DNA of 64,000 nt from a virus. Made by a program: the position numbers and the translations under genes. Positions 30,684 to 41,306 of the stretch are shown here, one piece after another. The stretch lies in the IMG/VR virus record IMGVR_UViG_3300034816_000006, positions 1 through 64,000 of that record; one strand, 5' to 3'. The notes under the pieces were generated by a model. That model did no database searches. It was given only the letters and a program-made list of their open reading frames with translations, and had not been told where the DNA came from. The stretch's first letter is position 1; each line of letters begins with the position of its first letter.

Positions 30684-31022
30684 CTAGGTAGACCCGCAGT
30701 GAACTTCGTCAACCACCACGCTGCCATCATCGGCCGTGTGATAGCGGACGTGGCAGTACAACGTCGCGTGGTGCGATCCGAATGAGACCGACACCTCGCA
30801 CAGCATGCCGCCTGCCGCGTCGCCGCACGCGACGCGATCTACGGAATCAGGATGGTACTCCGCGCGCACATCGGCGACCGACGCGTTGCTCGAGGCCGCA
30901 ATCGGGTCGCCATCGCCGCCGCATGATGGAAAGCACGTCTCGGCTTGTGCAGTCGAGTCGACCTTGGGCTCCGTCACGCCGCATGCAGTCATCAGAACAA
31001 TCATCGCAACAATCTTCTTCAT
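30684..31022 (-). CDS. Cys-containing lipoprotein
   Basis: MKKIVAMIVLMTAC lipobox; several Cys. Confidence 0.75.
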   Translation of the reverse strand: MKKIVAMIVLMTACGVTEPKVDSTAQAETCFPSCGGDGDPIAASSNASVADVRAEYHPDSVDRVACGDAAGGMLCEVSVSFGSHHATLYCHVRYHTADDGSVVVDEVHCGST

Positions 31023-34000
31023 CTCTCCGCTCTCCTTGAGGCGTCGATGCCTCGGTCACCGCGCAGCCACCACCTGCAACGCCGCCACCGAGAAACCGAT
31101 CACTGCCGCTGCTTCTCTCCGAAGTGGCATACGTTCTTGTAGACTGCGTTGTAGTTCTCGATGATGCCGCCGCGCTCGTCGTAGTCACATGAGAGCGGCC
31201 TGAATCCGTCGTCGTAGCAACAGTTGACGGGCGGCGGCGTCGGGTTCAGGCGACCAGAGATGCCGAAGACCCGAGCTCCGATCGCGACGACAGCCGCGGC
31301 CACCAGCACGAAGATCGCCTCCTTGGTCACAGGCCTCATGCCGCACGCTCCGGCACCACCGCGCGCAGGTCTTTCTCCGCGGCATGGACTTCCTCGTGCC
31401 TGATGTCGCAGTCGCGCCAGCCGTTGAGCGCTGAGAAGAACGCGTCGACGAGGTCGGCGAGCGAGGACAGGGCGCGAACGTACGGGTCGACCACGGCCGG
31501 ATCGCCCGTGGCCGAGCGTGCACGCTGGATCCGATCGCGGAGTTCGGCGCCGTGCATCATCGGCGGGCTCCGAACCACTCGCGGCGAAGGGTCGCTGAGG
31601 TCTCGATGAGGCGATAGGCAGCCTCGACTGCCTCTTCCTCGTAGGTCCACGACTCGAAGTTCACCTTCGAGTGCTTCTCGGTCGCCATACCGGCAATGTT
31701 CCAGCCGTATAACTGTATGCCAGCGATTGAGACCAGGCTGTCCTTGCTGGCAGCACACAGCAGCACCTCGATCACCTTACGCTTCTCCTCGATCTTCATC
31801 GCCTCGTCTCCATCAGCTCAAACATCGGCAGCGTCACATCTCGCCCCGTGGCCGGCTCGCTCTCGAAATCCATCGGATCAATCACATCCTTGTCGACCGG
31901 CCCACTTCCATCCGGCCAGCCCTCGAGCGCCGGTGGCACCTGCAGCTGCTTGACCAGTTGCGCCGCGGTACAGCCGTGCAGCGCCATCGCCGCGCGGTCG
32001 AACGCCTCGATCAGTGCGTCGCGTTCGTCCAATTGTGCCATGGTCTCTCCTAGTCGTTCGATGGACTGCTTCCACGCCTTCCGTAACCCGTTGTGCTTGG
32101 CCTCGGAATCCTTGAGCGCGACGCGGGCCGTGTGAGCATCGGCCGAGCGCTCCACGTTGAGAACGCGCATGCGGGTCGCTTCGGCAACGGCGTCTCGTGC
32201 CGTGCGCTGATACTGCACGCTAGTAGCTCGCTCGCTGGCCAGCTGCTTGTTCAGGGCCTGCAGTCGGTCCGCGAGTTCATCGTTGGCGCGGTCCAGTACC
32301 TCCATCCGTCGCATGACCTGGACCAGGTGATCCGGGCTCGATATCAGGACCGCGAAGTCGCCGGCGTCATGCGCGCAGTTGACGGCGAGATCGACGAGAT
32401 AGTCGTGGTCCAACGCGTCTAGCGGGCGCAGCTGCAGCGCTGGACGAGCCGGGATGCAGGATGGCATGATGCCGGAGAGCGTTCGCTCGGGGATGTAGGG
32501 GCCGTCGACGATGGCGTCGGAGTCGTCGTCCAAGGCGGTCACGGGTCGCTCGCCTCGTAGGCAATGCAGTCGCACTCCGAGCAAGACGTCGATCCCGGGT
32601 ACTCCGGGTCGTGGCCATGTTCCTCGATGGAGTGACCGCACGTACAGGCGGTTCCGACGCTCCTGGCATTCCCGGGGACGCGCATTGCAACGACGGCCTC
32701 CGCTACTACCTTGCCCAGCTTCGCAATCGTGGCTAACTGAGCGTTCATCGCGTCTGCCACGCGCTTGCGTGCCTCGAGCTTTCCGCCTCGATGCGGTGAG
32801 CGACGGCAGCCGACCGCGACGAGACAGTCATGCCTCAGTCGCCACTCGCTGTCGGGTAGCTTCCACCGGAACTTGCCGATCTGCTCGTCTGTCAGGTCGT
32901 TGACCGTGTACATCTAGTACTCCTCGACTGTCACGTTGTCCGCCCGCCCGTCGCCCATGCTTCGCCTCGCTCGCCGCATCTCCACGGCCGCGTCCTCGCG
33001 GCTCGCGAACTCCAGCGCGTCGGCGCCGCGACCAGACCAGTCCTCGCCGGTCCACCAGAGTTGCGCGGCGTGGCCGTCGTCGTGGGTGATGCGGAAGGTT
33101 GGGGCGAGGAAGTCGGCGAGTTCGTCCATGCCCGGATCGTCGCTGCACGTGCAGTCGTCGGCGCACAGATCCGGTTCTCTCGTCTTCCACGCGTCGTAGC
33201 TGGCGGCCGGGAAGTCGAGGGCGGTCACGGATTGGCTCCGGTGGCGCGCTTGGCGTTTTCAACGCGCAGTCGGTGCGGCTTCATCACGCGGCGTCTTGCT
33301 GTGTCAGGCAGGATCACCCCGCCCATCGCCTTGCAGTTGAAGTCGCGTTCGGCACCGCATGTCGGGCACTTCACCCGACGCCAGTCAACGTGCTTGCTCT
33401 TGGCCACCGCGTAGACTGCAACCAACTGCTCGCCGATCCAGCAGACCGCGTTCAGCGCTCCGATCTTCGACGGGTCGCGACCGTCACCCCATGACGTCGA
33501 GACGTAGTTCTCGAGAGCGTCGACGATGTGACTCGGAAGCGTGACCCTGAGCGGCTGGCGCTTGCTCACGACGCACCCTCCATCGCCCGCCCGCACGCCT
33601 CGATGCCGCGCTCGATCTGCCACTTGCTTGCAGTGGACCAGCCGGAACGGGCGTCGATTCCGAGCGCGTGCCAGCACGAATGCCAGAGCGCGAAGTCGCG
33701 GTCCGCGTAGGCGCGGGCCTGGACTGAGAGGATGGCGGAGCGGGTCACTTGCCCGCCTCCGGCGTCGAGATGAGAAGCGCGGCAGCGATCGCGTTGAGAT
33801 CGCCGGCGACGGCGTGCAGCTGCGCTCGAATGAAGCCAAGGTCCTCGGGCGCGGTGAAGCCTGCCGAGTCGCAGCGCTTGATGATGCGCTGAGCGGCCTC
33901 GCGGGCGGCTGACCAGTTGAGATGGCGCGCGTCGGTCAGGACTGGTCGGATCACGGCGATACCACCTTGTCTCGCTCGATCAGGATCTTCGCGGCCTCGA

Positions 34001-34139
34001 CGCCATCATCGCCGCCCGGCGGCCTGTACCGCTCGTCGCGGTCGTGCATCCACCAGAGCCAGCCGCGCCACTCGACATCAGTGACCTGCGTGTGCCGCGT
34101 AGCATGGGACATCGCGGCGATCTCTTCCGCGCGCGACAT

Positions 34140-34409
34140 CTACAGCCTCACCTGCTGGCTGGCGATCAGGTCAACGCACCTCTGCGCGTACGCACTTGCC
34201 TCCCACGGCAGCGACGGCGAGACCTGCCAGCGCTCGAAGATCCAGGGTCCGCGACCCAGGATCTTGTCGTGCTGCGTGATGTGGACCTCGGTGAGCGTGG
34301 ACCACTCGACGGTGCCAACGCTCTCGTCGGGGAGCGTGACGATCGCGCCGAGCGGCAGCGCGGGGAGGAGTTCGGGGGTGATGGGGACGGAGGAGAGCGA
34401 GGCGTCCAT
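34140..34409 (-). CDS. First gene of leftward early operon, hypothetical
   Basis: ATG 6 nt after -10 of PL-like promoter. Confidence 0.6.
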   Translation of the reverse strand: MDASLSSVPITPELLPALPLGAIVTLPDESVGTVEWSTLTEVHITQHDKILGRGPWIFERWQVSPSLPWEASAYAQRCVDLIASQQVRL

Positions 34410-34468
34410 GTCTCCACGATAAGTGGAGAGCGGTCTGCGCGCAAGCGCTTTCCTCTACTTTTCGTGAA
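34410..34468 (-). promoter_or_regulatory. PL-like promoter with two repressor operators
   Basis: TTGCGC-17-TATCGT-6-ATG; operators TCCACGATAAGTGGA (34413-34427) and TCTACTTTTCGTGAA (34454-34468). Confidence 0.75.
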
Positions 34469-34619
34469 GTAGGTGAATCAACAGGCAGATCAGGATCTCG
34501 TATGCGAGCGGCCGCTCGACGCGGAGCTGCTCAAGCAACGAGAGAATCTTGCTGTCCTTCGAGGGGGCGCCACGACGTCTCGCCCGAGCACCACCAGTTG
34601 CTCGCATCCCTCCTCAGTA

Positions 34620-35051
34620 TCACAGGTCGGACCGAGACTTCGTCGATCGCGAGAGTATTTCTATCACAGCATCCTTCAGGGTGTCCGGAGCCTCCAACAA
34701 TAACTCACGTATCCGAGCATCGCGAGGTTCGGGTAAGGGTGGGGTCCCAACCAGCGGCGGAGGAAGGTCGAGCAATGCGCAGATATGGGGCACCTCGGCG
34801 GAACCTGTCTGCATCATCGATCCGTCGGGGCGAACTGCGAACAACTTGTACCCGGCGCTCGATGATAACCCGATCTCGTCGGCGAGCCACTGGATCCCCT
34901 TCCCCTTGCGGCGGAGGGCAAGCAAGACGAGCTCCTTCCATTCGGGCGTCATTTCCTTGACGGGCCCCTTGCCCTTGGCTCTACGACGACGCTTCGCTGA
35001 CACGGAAGTCCTCGTTACCACAGCTCTCGGCGCACTTTTCGTGGAACGCAT
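34620..35051 (-). CDS. CI-like repressor (HTH, no peptidase domain; start uncertain)
   Basis: IQWLADEIGLSSSAGYKLF HTH; divergent from Cro-like gene; flanked by operators. Confidence 0.7.
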   Translation of the reverse strand: MRSTKSAPRAVVTRTSVSAKRRRRAKGKGPVKEMTPEWKELVLLALRRKGKGIQWLADEIGLSSSAGYKLFAVRPDGSMMQTGSAEVPHICALLDLPPPLVGTPPLPEPRDARIRELLLEAPDTLKDAVIEILSRSTKSRSDL

Positions 35052-35085
35052 TGACTTGTCGGTCCACGATTAGTAGAGTGGTTGC
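35031..35085 (+). promoter_or_regulatory. PR-like promoter with two operators
   Basis: TTGACT-17-TAGAGT-6-ATG; operators CGCACTTTTCGTGGA (35031-35045) and TCCACGATTAGTAGA (35063-35077). Confidence 0.75.
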
Positions 35086-35349
35086 ATGCCAGCACACAGG
35101 GCGACGAAGCGCCGTCGCAAGAAGTTGACAGAGCGCCGCGACGCCGAGCGGAGGGCCCTCGGACTCCGACTCCGGAGCGCGCGAATCGCCGCCGGTCTCA
35201 CCGCAGAGACGATCGCCAAGAAAATGGACGTTGCGCTCAGCACATACTACTCGTGGGAGGCAGGAGAGCGCAGTCCTCGCGGACTGGCCGAACTCGCCAC
35301 CGTGGTCCGATGTTCCGTCGGCGCCCTGTACGGCGAGCGTGCCGCGTGA
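35086..35349 (+). CDS. Cro-like XRE HTH protein
   Basis: LRSARIAAGLTAETIAKKMDVALSTYYSWEAGER. Confidence 0.85.
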   Translation: MPAHRATKRRRKKLTERRDAERRALGLRLRSARIAAGLTAETIAKKMDVALSTYYSWEAGERSPRGLAELATVVRCSVGALYGERAA

Positions 35350-35969
35350 CGCCGCTCGAGATCCTTTCGCGGACCTTCCGTGAACTGCCCCTGCCGGTCC
35401 GGCAGCCGCAAACGTGCGACCACTGCAATCCGCCCCGCTCCGGTGTGTATCTGCTCGCCGACTCCGGCATGATCGTCTACGTCGGATCGAGCACCGACAT
35501 CGTCGGCAGGATTCGCTGGCACCGCAGCAGCTCCGACAAGCGATTCAATCTGGCGATGTGGATGGCCCTGCCCGCGAGGGTCCTCGAACACTACGAGGGT
35601 GCGCTCATCCGCGCCCTGTCCCCGGTGCACAACCGCAAGGCCCCCAGACACGTCGGCTATGACAACGAGATCCTGTCCGGCCTTGGACTCGCGGCCCACG
35701 ACGACGAGTACGCCAATGTGGCGACGTGGGCGCCGACGTGCGCGGCGAGAATCCCCAGCAAGCTCGGACTGCAAATCAAGGAGGCGAGACTGGGTGTCGG
35801 TATTACCCAGGATCAACTTGGCGCTGTCGTTGGGTGCTCCGGTGCAGCCGTAGCGCAGTGGGAATCCGGCGTCAGCACACCGACCTCCGATCGTCTCATC
35901 CAGATCGCGACAGTCCTCGGCGTCAACGTCGGCATTGTTGCGACTGCAACCGGGGCGGACCAGCCATGA
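35346..35969 (+). CDS. GIY-YIG domain fused to XRE HTH
   Basis: SGVYLL...VYVGSS...RIRWH...E; C-terminal ITQDQLGAVVGCSGAAVAQWESG. Confidence 0.75.
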   Translation: MTPLEILSRTFRELPLPVRQPQTCDHCNPPRSGVYLLADSGMIVYVGSSTDIVGRIRWHRSSSDKRFNLAMWMALPARVLEHYEGALIRALSPVHNRKAPRHVGYDNEILSGLGLAAHDDEYANVATWAPTCAARIPSKLGLQIKEARLGVGITQDQLGAVVGCSGAAVAQWESGVSTPTSDRLIQIATVLGVNVGIVATATGADQP

Positions 35970-36688
35970 CTCCGAATTCATCTGACGTCACTGATACGCA
36001 CTCACAGAGTGATGCACAACCCAAACACTTGTCCAGCGGGCCAAAGCGCAACAGAGATTTTCCTATCCGCCAAGTTGGTATGTCGAATGCCGACTACCTG
36101 CGCGCGCTCCGACAAATCGCAGTTGCGGAGGGCAAGTGCTACCAGTGCCGATTCCGCCCACAGAAGCCAGGGCGCCGCTCCTGTCAATCGTGCATCGATC
36201 GCAGCAAGGAGTTCGAGCGCTCGATCCGCTACAAGCGCTGCACTCACTGCTGCTGCAATCTGCCTCGCGGTTGGGAGATCCAGCTGTGCCCGGGCTGCCG
36301 CGACGACTCGAACGCCAAAGGGCGAGCGAAGACACAGGCACGGCTCGCGGCCAACCGGTGCAGCACGTGCGGCGCTCCCAAGCCGAAGAAGCGACGCCAG
36401 TGCCTGACCTGCGCTGAGCACCATCGCGTTCGTCAACTCGAGTGGCAGCGCCTCCATGGCCGCGGCGTCAAGCTCGGTTCCTGTTCGACTTGCACGGCGC
36501 TCGGACTCGTCGGCATCAACCACGACCGACGCACTCACGACCGCTACATGGCCCGCGCCCAGGCCTGGGCTCCCACTCTTCCAGCGACCACGTCTAACGG
36601 TACAGGCCTACACCCTGGGCTGCGCACTCCTCATCCTCCGGCGCGCCGGGACGTGGTCGCTGGTCTTTCGCGAGGTAACCGTGGCTAA
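35966..36688 (+). CDS. Multi-CxxC zinc-finger protein
   Basis: About seven CxxC pairs in Arg-rich context. Confidence 0.65.
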   Translation: MTPNSSDVTDTHSQSDAQPKHLSSGPKRNRDFPIRQVGMSNADYLRALRQIAVAEGKCYQCRFRPQKPGRRSCQSCIDRSKEFERSIRYKRCTHCCCNLPRGWEIQLCPGCRDDSNAKGRAKTQARLAANRCSTCGAPKPKKRRQCLTCAEHHRVRQLEWQRLHGRGVKLGSCSTCTALGLVGINHDRRTHDRYMARAQAWAPTLPATTSNGTGLHPGLRTPHPPARRDVVAGLSRGNRG

Positions 36689-37733
36689 GAAGCAGACCAG
36701 ACGCACTGTCTCACTCGGCGTCGGCTACTACACGCGCCTCGTCGACTACGCGCGCGCGAACAACGCCTCGGCCGCACAGGTCACCGAGTACGCGCTCGAT
36801 GCTCGGTTCGCGACGCCGCTCGACCAGGACGCGTTCCGCCTGTGGCGCGCCGATCGCGCGCGGCAGGCCGCGTTGCAGGGCATCGACACCGCGTCGGCCA
36901 TGGCCGAGCCCTCTGTGCCCGCGCCGTACCTTGGCGTCCTCGGCGAGCGCGTCAGGCGCCGCGAAGATCGCCTCAAGCGGAAGCAGGAGCGGCAGGCGGA
37001 ACTCGAGGCTGCTCGCGCCGAACGTCTCGTCCGCAAGGAACGCCGACTAAAACGCGCGCAGACCAGACTCGAGACCGGACGCACGCGACTCTGCAACCAC
37101 TGCGACGGCCCGCACATGACCAGGTTCTGTCCGGACAAACCGTACGTTCCGCTCGAGACCGGGTCGCGCGGCGAGCGGGCCGCGAAGGCAGCGCACGATG
37201 AGGGCTCGACGTTCCTAGAGGCCGCCGAGCGGTTCGGTGTGACACGACAGTGCGTACAGCAAACCTTCGCCAGGCTCTATCCTGGCGTCAAGCGCCCCCG
37301 CGGCGGCCAGCCAGACACGATCGCGAATGGCGTGGTCGTCGAGATGGCGCGCGCTGGCAAGACCGCCACCGAGATTCGCGAAGAGACCGGACTCAACTCC
37401 GGGCATATCTACAGCCTGTGTCTGGGCGCCGGTGTTCAGATCGGCACCGCAAGCGCCAGGCGCGCCGCCATGGATGCCGCGGTTGCTGCCGTGATGGCCG
37501 GGTCGACGCTCGGCGAGGCAGCCGCCGACCACGGCGTCTCATGGGGCCATCTCGGCGCTGTGTGTCGCCAGCGCGGAGTGGCCACTCAGTCGAAGGCTGG
37601 ACCGCGCGACGGGCGCAGTGCCAGGGGCGCCGAACTCGTCGAGCAAGAGCGCATCTCGATCGGCGAAGCCGCTCGCAGGATGCGGTGCTCACCCATGGCA
37701 GTCCGCACCGCTCTCGCCCGGAGGTCCGCATGA
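36681..37733 (+). CDS. Multi-HTH DNA-binding protein
   Basis: EAAERFGVTRQ, TEIREETGL, EAAADHGVS, EAARRMRCS. Confidence 0.65.
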   Translation: MAKKQTRRTVSLGVGYYTRLVDYARANNASAAQVTEYALDARFATPLDQDAFRLWRADRARQAALQGIDTASAMAEPSVPAPYLGVLGERVRRREDRLKRKQERQAELEAARAERLVRKERRLKRAQTRLETGRTRLCNHCDGPHMTRFCPDKPYVPLETGSRGERAAKAAHDEGSTFLEAAERFGVTRQCVQQTFARLYPGVKRPRGGQPDTIANGVVVEMARAGKTATEIREETGLNSGHIYSLCLGAGVQIGTASARRAAMDAAVAAVMAGSTLGEAAADHGVSWGHLGAVCRQRGVATQSKAGPRDGRSARGAELVEQERISIGEAARRMRCSPMAVRTALARRSA

Positions 37734-38688
37734 CCAACCCAACCCCAGCCGGCCTACGCGCCATCACGCCTGCGCCGATGACCCCCGACGAGATCGCCGA
37801 CCTCATCCAGCGCTCGAGCTACACGCGCCGGCGCTGGGGCCGCGAGCCTGGCGCTACGACACGAGCGGCGATGCGCGTGATCCATGAGGGCATGACGCCG
37901 AAGGAGGCCGCGTTCGCCGAAGGCATGCCGACGAACAGCACCAGCGGCATCCGCTCGAAGGTGAGCGTGCTCAGGAAGCGGGGTCGCTAGTGAGGATTCG
38001 CGTCCACCTCGTCACCGACCGCCTGGTCACCGTCCATGTTGCCCGCTCCTGGTTCGAGCGCCACGTCACCCTGCTCGACGACGAGGACTACGAGGCCACC
38101 CGCTACACCGCGGTCGGCGGCAAGCATCAGTGGTGCCGCTGGACCAACCGTGACGTCGAGCCTGACGTGCACGACGCGATCGAGGCAGAACTGACGCGCG
38201 CATGCGTCGGCAACAGACTGGCCGCGTTGATGCGGATAGGAGAAGAAGCGTGAGCAGGATTATCCACTCTGGCCGCTGCGCCTTCATCGCCTACTACATC
38301 GGCGGTTCGATCAGCGGCAAGTTTCTCTATTCGTCCGACGGCAAGAGCATCGGCGAGGACCGCGATCAGGCGTTCAACTTCATGTGGTACCCGGAGGATC
38401 TCGACGAGGAGATCGCGAAGCTCAAGGACCGCGTCAAGTGGGACGTCCGCGCTGCGAGGGCCCGATGAGGCGTCGCAAGCACACGGACCGGCGCAGGCCG
38501 GACCACATCGAGCAGCTCTGCGCGCTGGTCAAGGAAGCAGCCGGCACGATGCGGCTGTACGGTAAGCCGGTCGACGCGGCTCAGTTGCGAGAGCACTGCG
38601 AGCGGTCGGCGACGGAGCGGGTGATTGCGGCGGTGGACCGCGCGACCGAGGAGCGGCAGTGGCGTGCGGTGTGGTCCACGGAGGCGAC

Positions 38689-39255
38689 ATGACCGCCTAT
38701 AGCTGCATCGTAGCCGACCCGCCATGGGCGCCGCGCGACAAGCTGCCCGGCAAGACTCGCGGCGCGGCCAAGCAGTACGACGTGATGCGGACCAGCGACA
38801 TCATGTGCTTTCTCGTCGACCGCAAGATCAGCGTCGCCGACAACGCGATCTTGTTCCTCTGGCGCCTTGCCTCCATGCAGCAAGACGCGCTCGACGTCGT
38901 CAATGCGTGGGGGTTCGAGGTCAAGAGCGAGGTCGTGTGGCGCAAGCTGACCAAGCATGGCCGGCCGCACTTCGGCATGGGCCGCTATGTCCGCAACGGG
39001 CACGAGGTCTGCCTGATCGCAGCCCGCGGCCGCGCGACCTCGCTGATCACGAGCCACTCGGTGCGGTCGGTGTTCGATGCCGTGGCGCCGAGCAACTCCA
39101 AGGGGCGGGCGATCCATAGCCAGAAGCCAGAGGAGTTCTGGACCGAGATCGTCGAGCCGCTGACCACCGGATACGGGATCGAACTGTTCGCACGGCGTCG
39201 CCGGTTTGGCTGGGATGCCATCGGCGACCAACTGCCAGCGCTCGAGGCCGCATGA
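38689..39255 (+). CDS. MT-A70 family adenine methyltransferase
   Basis: IVADPPW, LFLW, WGF, GMGRYVRNGHE, HSQKP, ELFAR. Confidence 0.9.
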   Translation: MTAYSCIVADPPWAPRDKLPGKTRGAAKQYDVMRTSDIMCFLVDRKISVADNAILFLWRLASMQQDALDVVNAWGFEVKSEVVWRKLTKHGRPHFGMGRYVRNGHEVCLIAARGRATSLITSHSVRSVFDAVAPSNSKGRAIHSQKPEEFWTEIVEPLTTGYGIELFARRRRFGWDAIGDQLPALEAA

Positions 39256-39409
39256 GTACCCTCGATCGCACACACGCCAGCATCCTGCTCAACCCGGACA
39301 CCGCGTCGCTCAAGCGCATCGCGTGGGCATTCGGCTGCGCCAAGAAGGGCAGCGACGAGGAGCGACAACTCGAGGCATTGCTGCGCGAGAAGCTGGCCAA
39401 GGAGGCCGC

Positions 39410-40591
39410 ATGACCCACACATCAATCGTCGTCATCACGATCGTCCTGGCGATTTCCGCACTGCTGCTGTTCGGCCCGACTCCACCCCCGAAAGGACTGA
39501 CCTTGGACATCCGAATCCCACGCGCCGACCTGGCCCGCGGCCTGCGCCTCGCCTCGTCGGTGGCCGCGAAGAAACCGACGCTGCCAATCCTGGCCGACGT
39601 GCTGCTGCGCGCGAGCAAGGAACTCAGCATTGCAGCGACCGACCTTGCCGTCTCGTTGACCGCCGAGATGGCATGCGTCGTCACCAAACCAGGATCGATC
39701 GCGCTCAACGCCGACGATCTGCGCCGGTTCGTGGCGTCAGCGAGCGGCGACGAGGTCACGATCAAGGCGGATGGCGCGTGGGCCGACGTCCGCTGCGGCA
39801 AGGCGAAGTACCGGATCGCCGGGCACCAGGCACAGGACTTCCCGAAGATCCCGGAACCGGCGAAGGGCTGCGAGTGGGTCGAGACCGACGCGGACGAGCT
39901 CTGCGATTTGCTCTCGCGTGCCAGCTACGCGGTATCGCAAGACGAGTCACGGCAGGCGCTGTGCGGCGTGATGCTGGACTACGACGGCGAGACGCTCACC
40001 GTGCTGAGCGCTGACAGCCCGCGCGCGGTCCTGATCTCGCGGAAAATCCCGTTCCCGGCGCTGCCGCGGCGCATCTCGCTATGCGTCCGTGGCGCGACCG
40101 AGATCTCCAGGCTTCTCGAGGACGCGGGCAAGTGCCGCGTCGCGGTCGACGGCAAGCGCATGCACACAACCGTCGATGGTGAGACGATCAGCGCCGGGCT
40201 GCTCGACTTCGAGTGCCCAGCATGGGAGCGGCACTTGCCGAAGACAGGACTCGCGAGCGCGACCATGGACCGCGATCGCCTGCTCGAAGCGTTGAAGCGC
40301 GTTGCCTCGTTGGCCAGCGATTATCACGGCGTCGGCATGCGTTCGACGCCGACCGGGCTGTCGCTCACCGTCAAGGACAAGGACGGCGAAGAGATGAGCG
40401 ACGAGATCGAGTGCGAGATCAAGGGCGAGATCCTGATCGGTGCGCACCCGAAGCACCTGATCGACACGCTGACTCGGATGGTCGGCGAGCCGATCACGAT
40501 GCGCACGATCGGCGCGACTGACCCGATCGTTTTCGTAGACCACGGCGACGCTGGATACACCGGCGTCGTCATGCCGATGAGGATGGACTGA
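39410..40591 (+). CDS. dnaN: DNA polymerase III beta-clamp homolog (alternative TTG start at 39503)
   Basis: KPTLPILADVLL, ATDL, DFPKIP, YAVSQDESRQALCGV, VVMPMR. Confidence 0.9.
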   Translation: MTHTSIVVITIVLAISALLLFGPTPPPKGLTLDIRIPRADLARGLRLASSVAAKKPTLPILADVLLRASKELSIAATDLAVSLTAEMACVVTKPGSIALNADDLRRFVASASGDEVTIKADGAWADVRCGKAKYRIAGHQAQDFPKIPEPAKGCEWVETDADELCDLLSRASYAVSQDESRQALCGVMLDYDGETLTVLSADSPRAVLISRKIPFPALPRRISLCVRGATEISRLLEDAGKCRVAVDGKRMHTTVDGETISAGLLDFECPAWERHLPKTGLASATMDRDRLLEALKRVASLASDYHGVGMRSTPTGLSLTVKDKDGEEMSDEIECEIKGEILIGAHPKHLIDTLTRMVGEPITMRTIGATDPIVFVDHGDAGYTGVVMPMRMD

Positions 40592-41306
40592 GATGGCGAA
40601 AGCGACCAAGGCCAAGGAAGCGATCAACGACCTCGAGACCGAACTCGAGGAGGCGCACGACAAGATCTCTAGACTGGAAGATCAGGTCGAAGGACTCGAG
40701 ACCGAACTCATGGAGAGGTCCGACGAGGCTAGCTCCGACGTAGACGCTATGCGCCACCAACTCGACTCGCTCGCCGTCGCCATCGAGAGCGGCCGGCCGT
40801 CGATCCCGCAGACACCGGCGCAGTGGATGCGTTGCCTGCAGGAGATCGGCCGCGGCGGTGAATGGGAGCACGGGACATGGCGCTAGTCACCTACGCCTTT
40901 GCCGCCGTGGCGGTGCTCGCCGCTGCGCACTGGGCGGGCTGGCCGCTCGTAGCGCTGTGCCTGCTCGGTGCGTGCGTGGATGCGGTGGTTGATGTGGCGC
41001 GGTCGGGCCTACGGTACATGCCATGATCACCTCCGCCGTCTTCGCCCGGCCGTCCGGCTACTCGCACTGGTGCCAGCTCAAGACGATCGGCGCGGAGCGG
41101 CACACGTTCTGCTGCGGCGCGACGATGGACGCGACGTGGGAACTGCGCCTGTCGCCAATCGAGCCGGACGCGGCGGTGTTCTGCAGCGCGTGCCGACGCA
41201 ATCTGGAGACGAGGCGACAGCGCGCGGTGACCGTGGATATGCGGCCGGCGGTGCGGGATGCGAGGGTGAGGGCAGATGTGGAAGTTGACGAGATTTTGGA
41301 GGAGAT

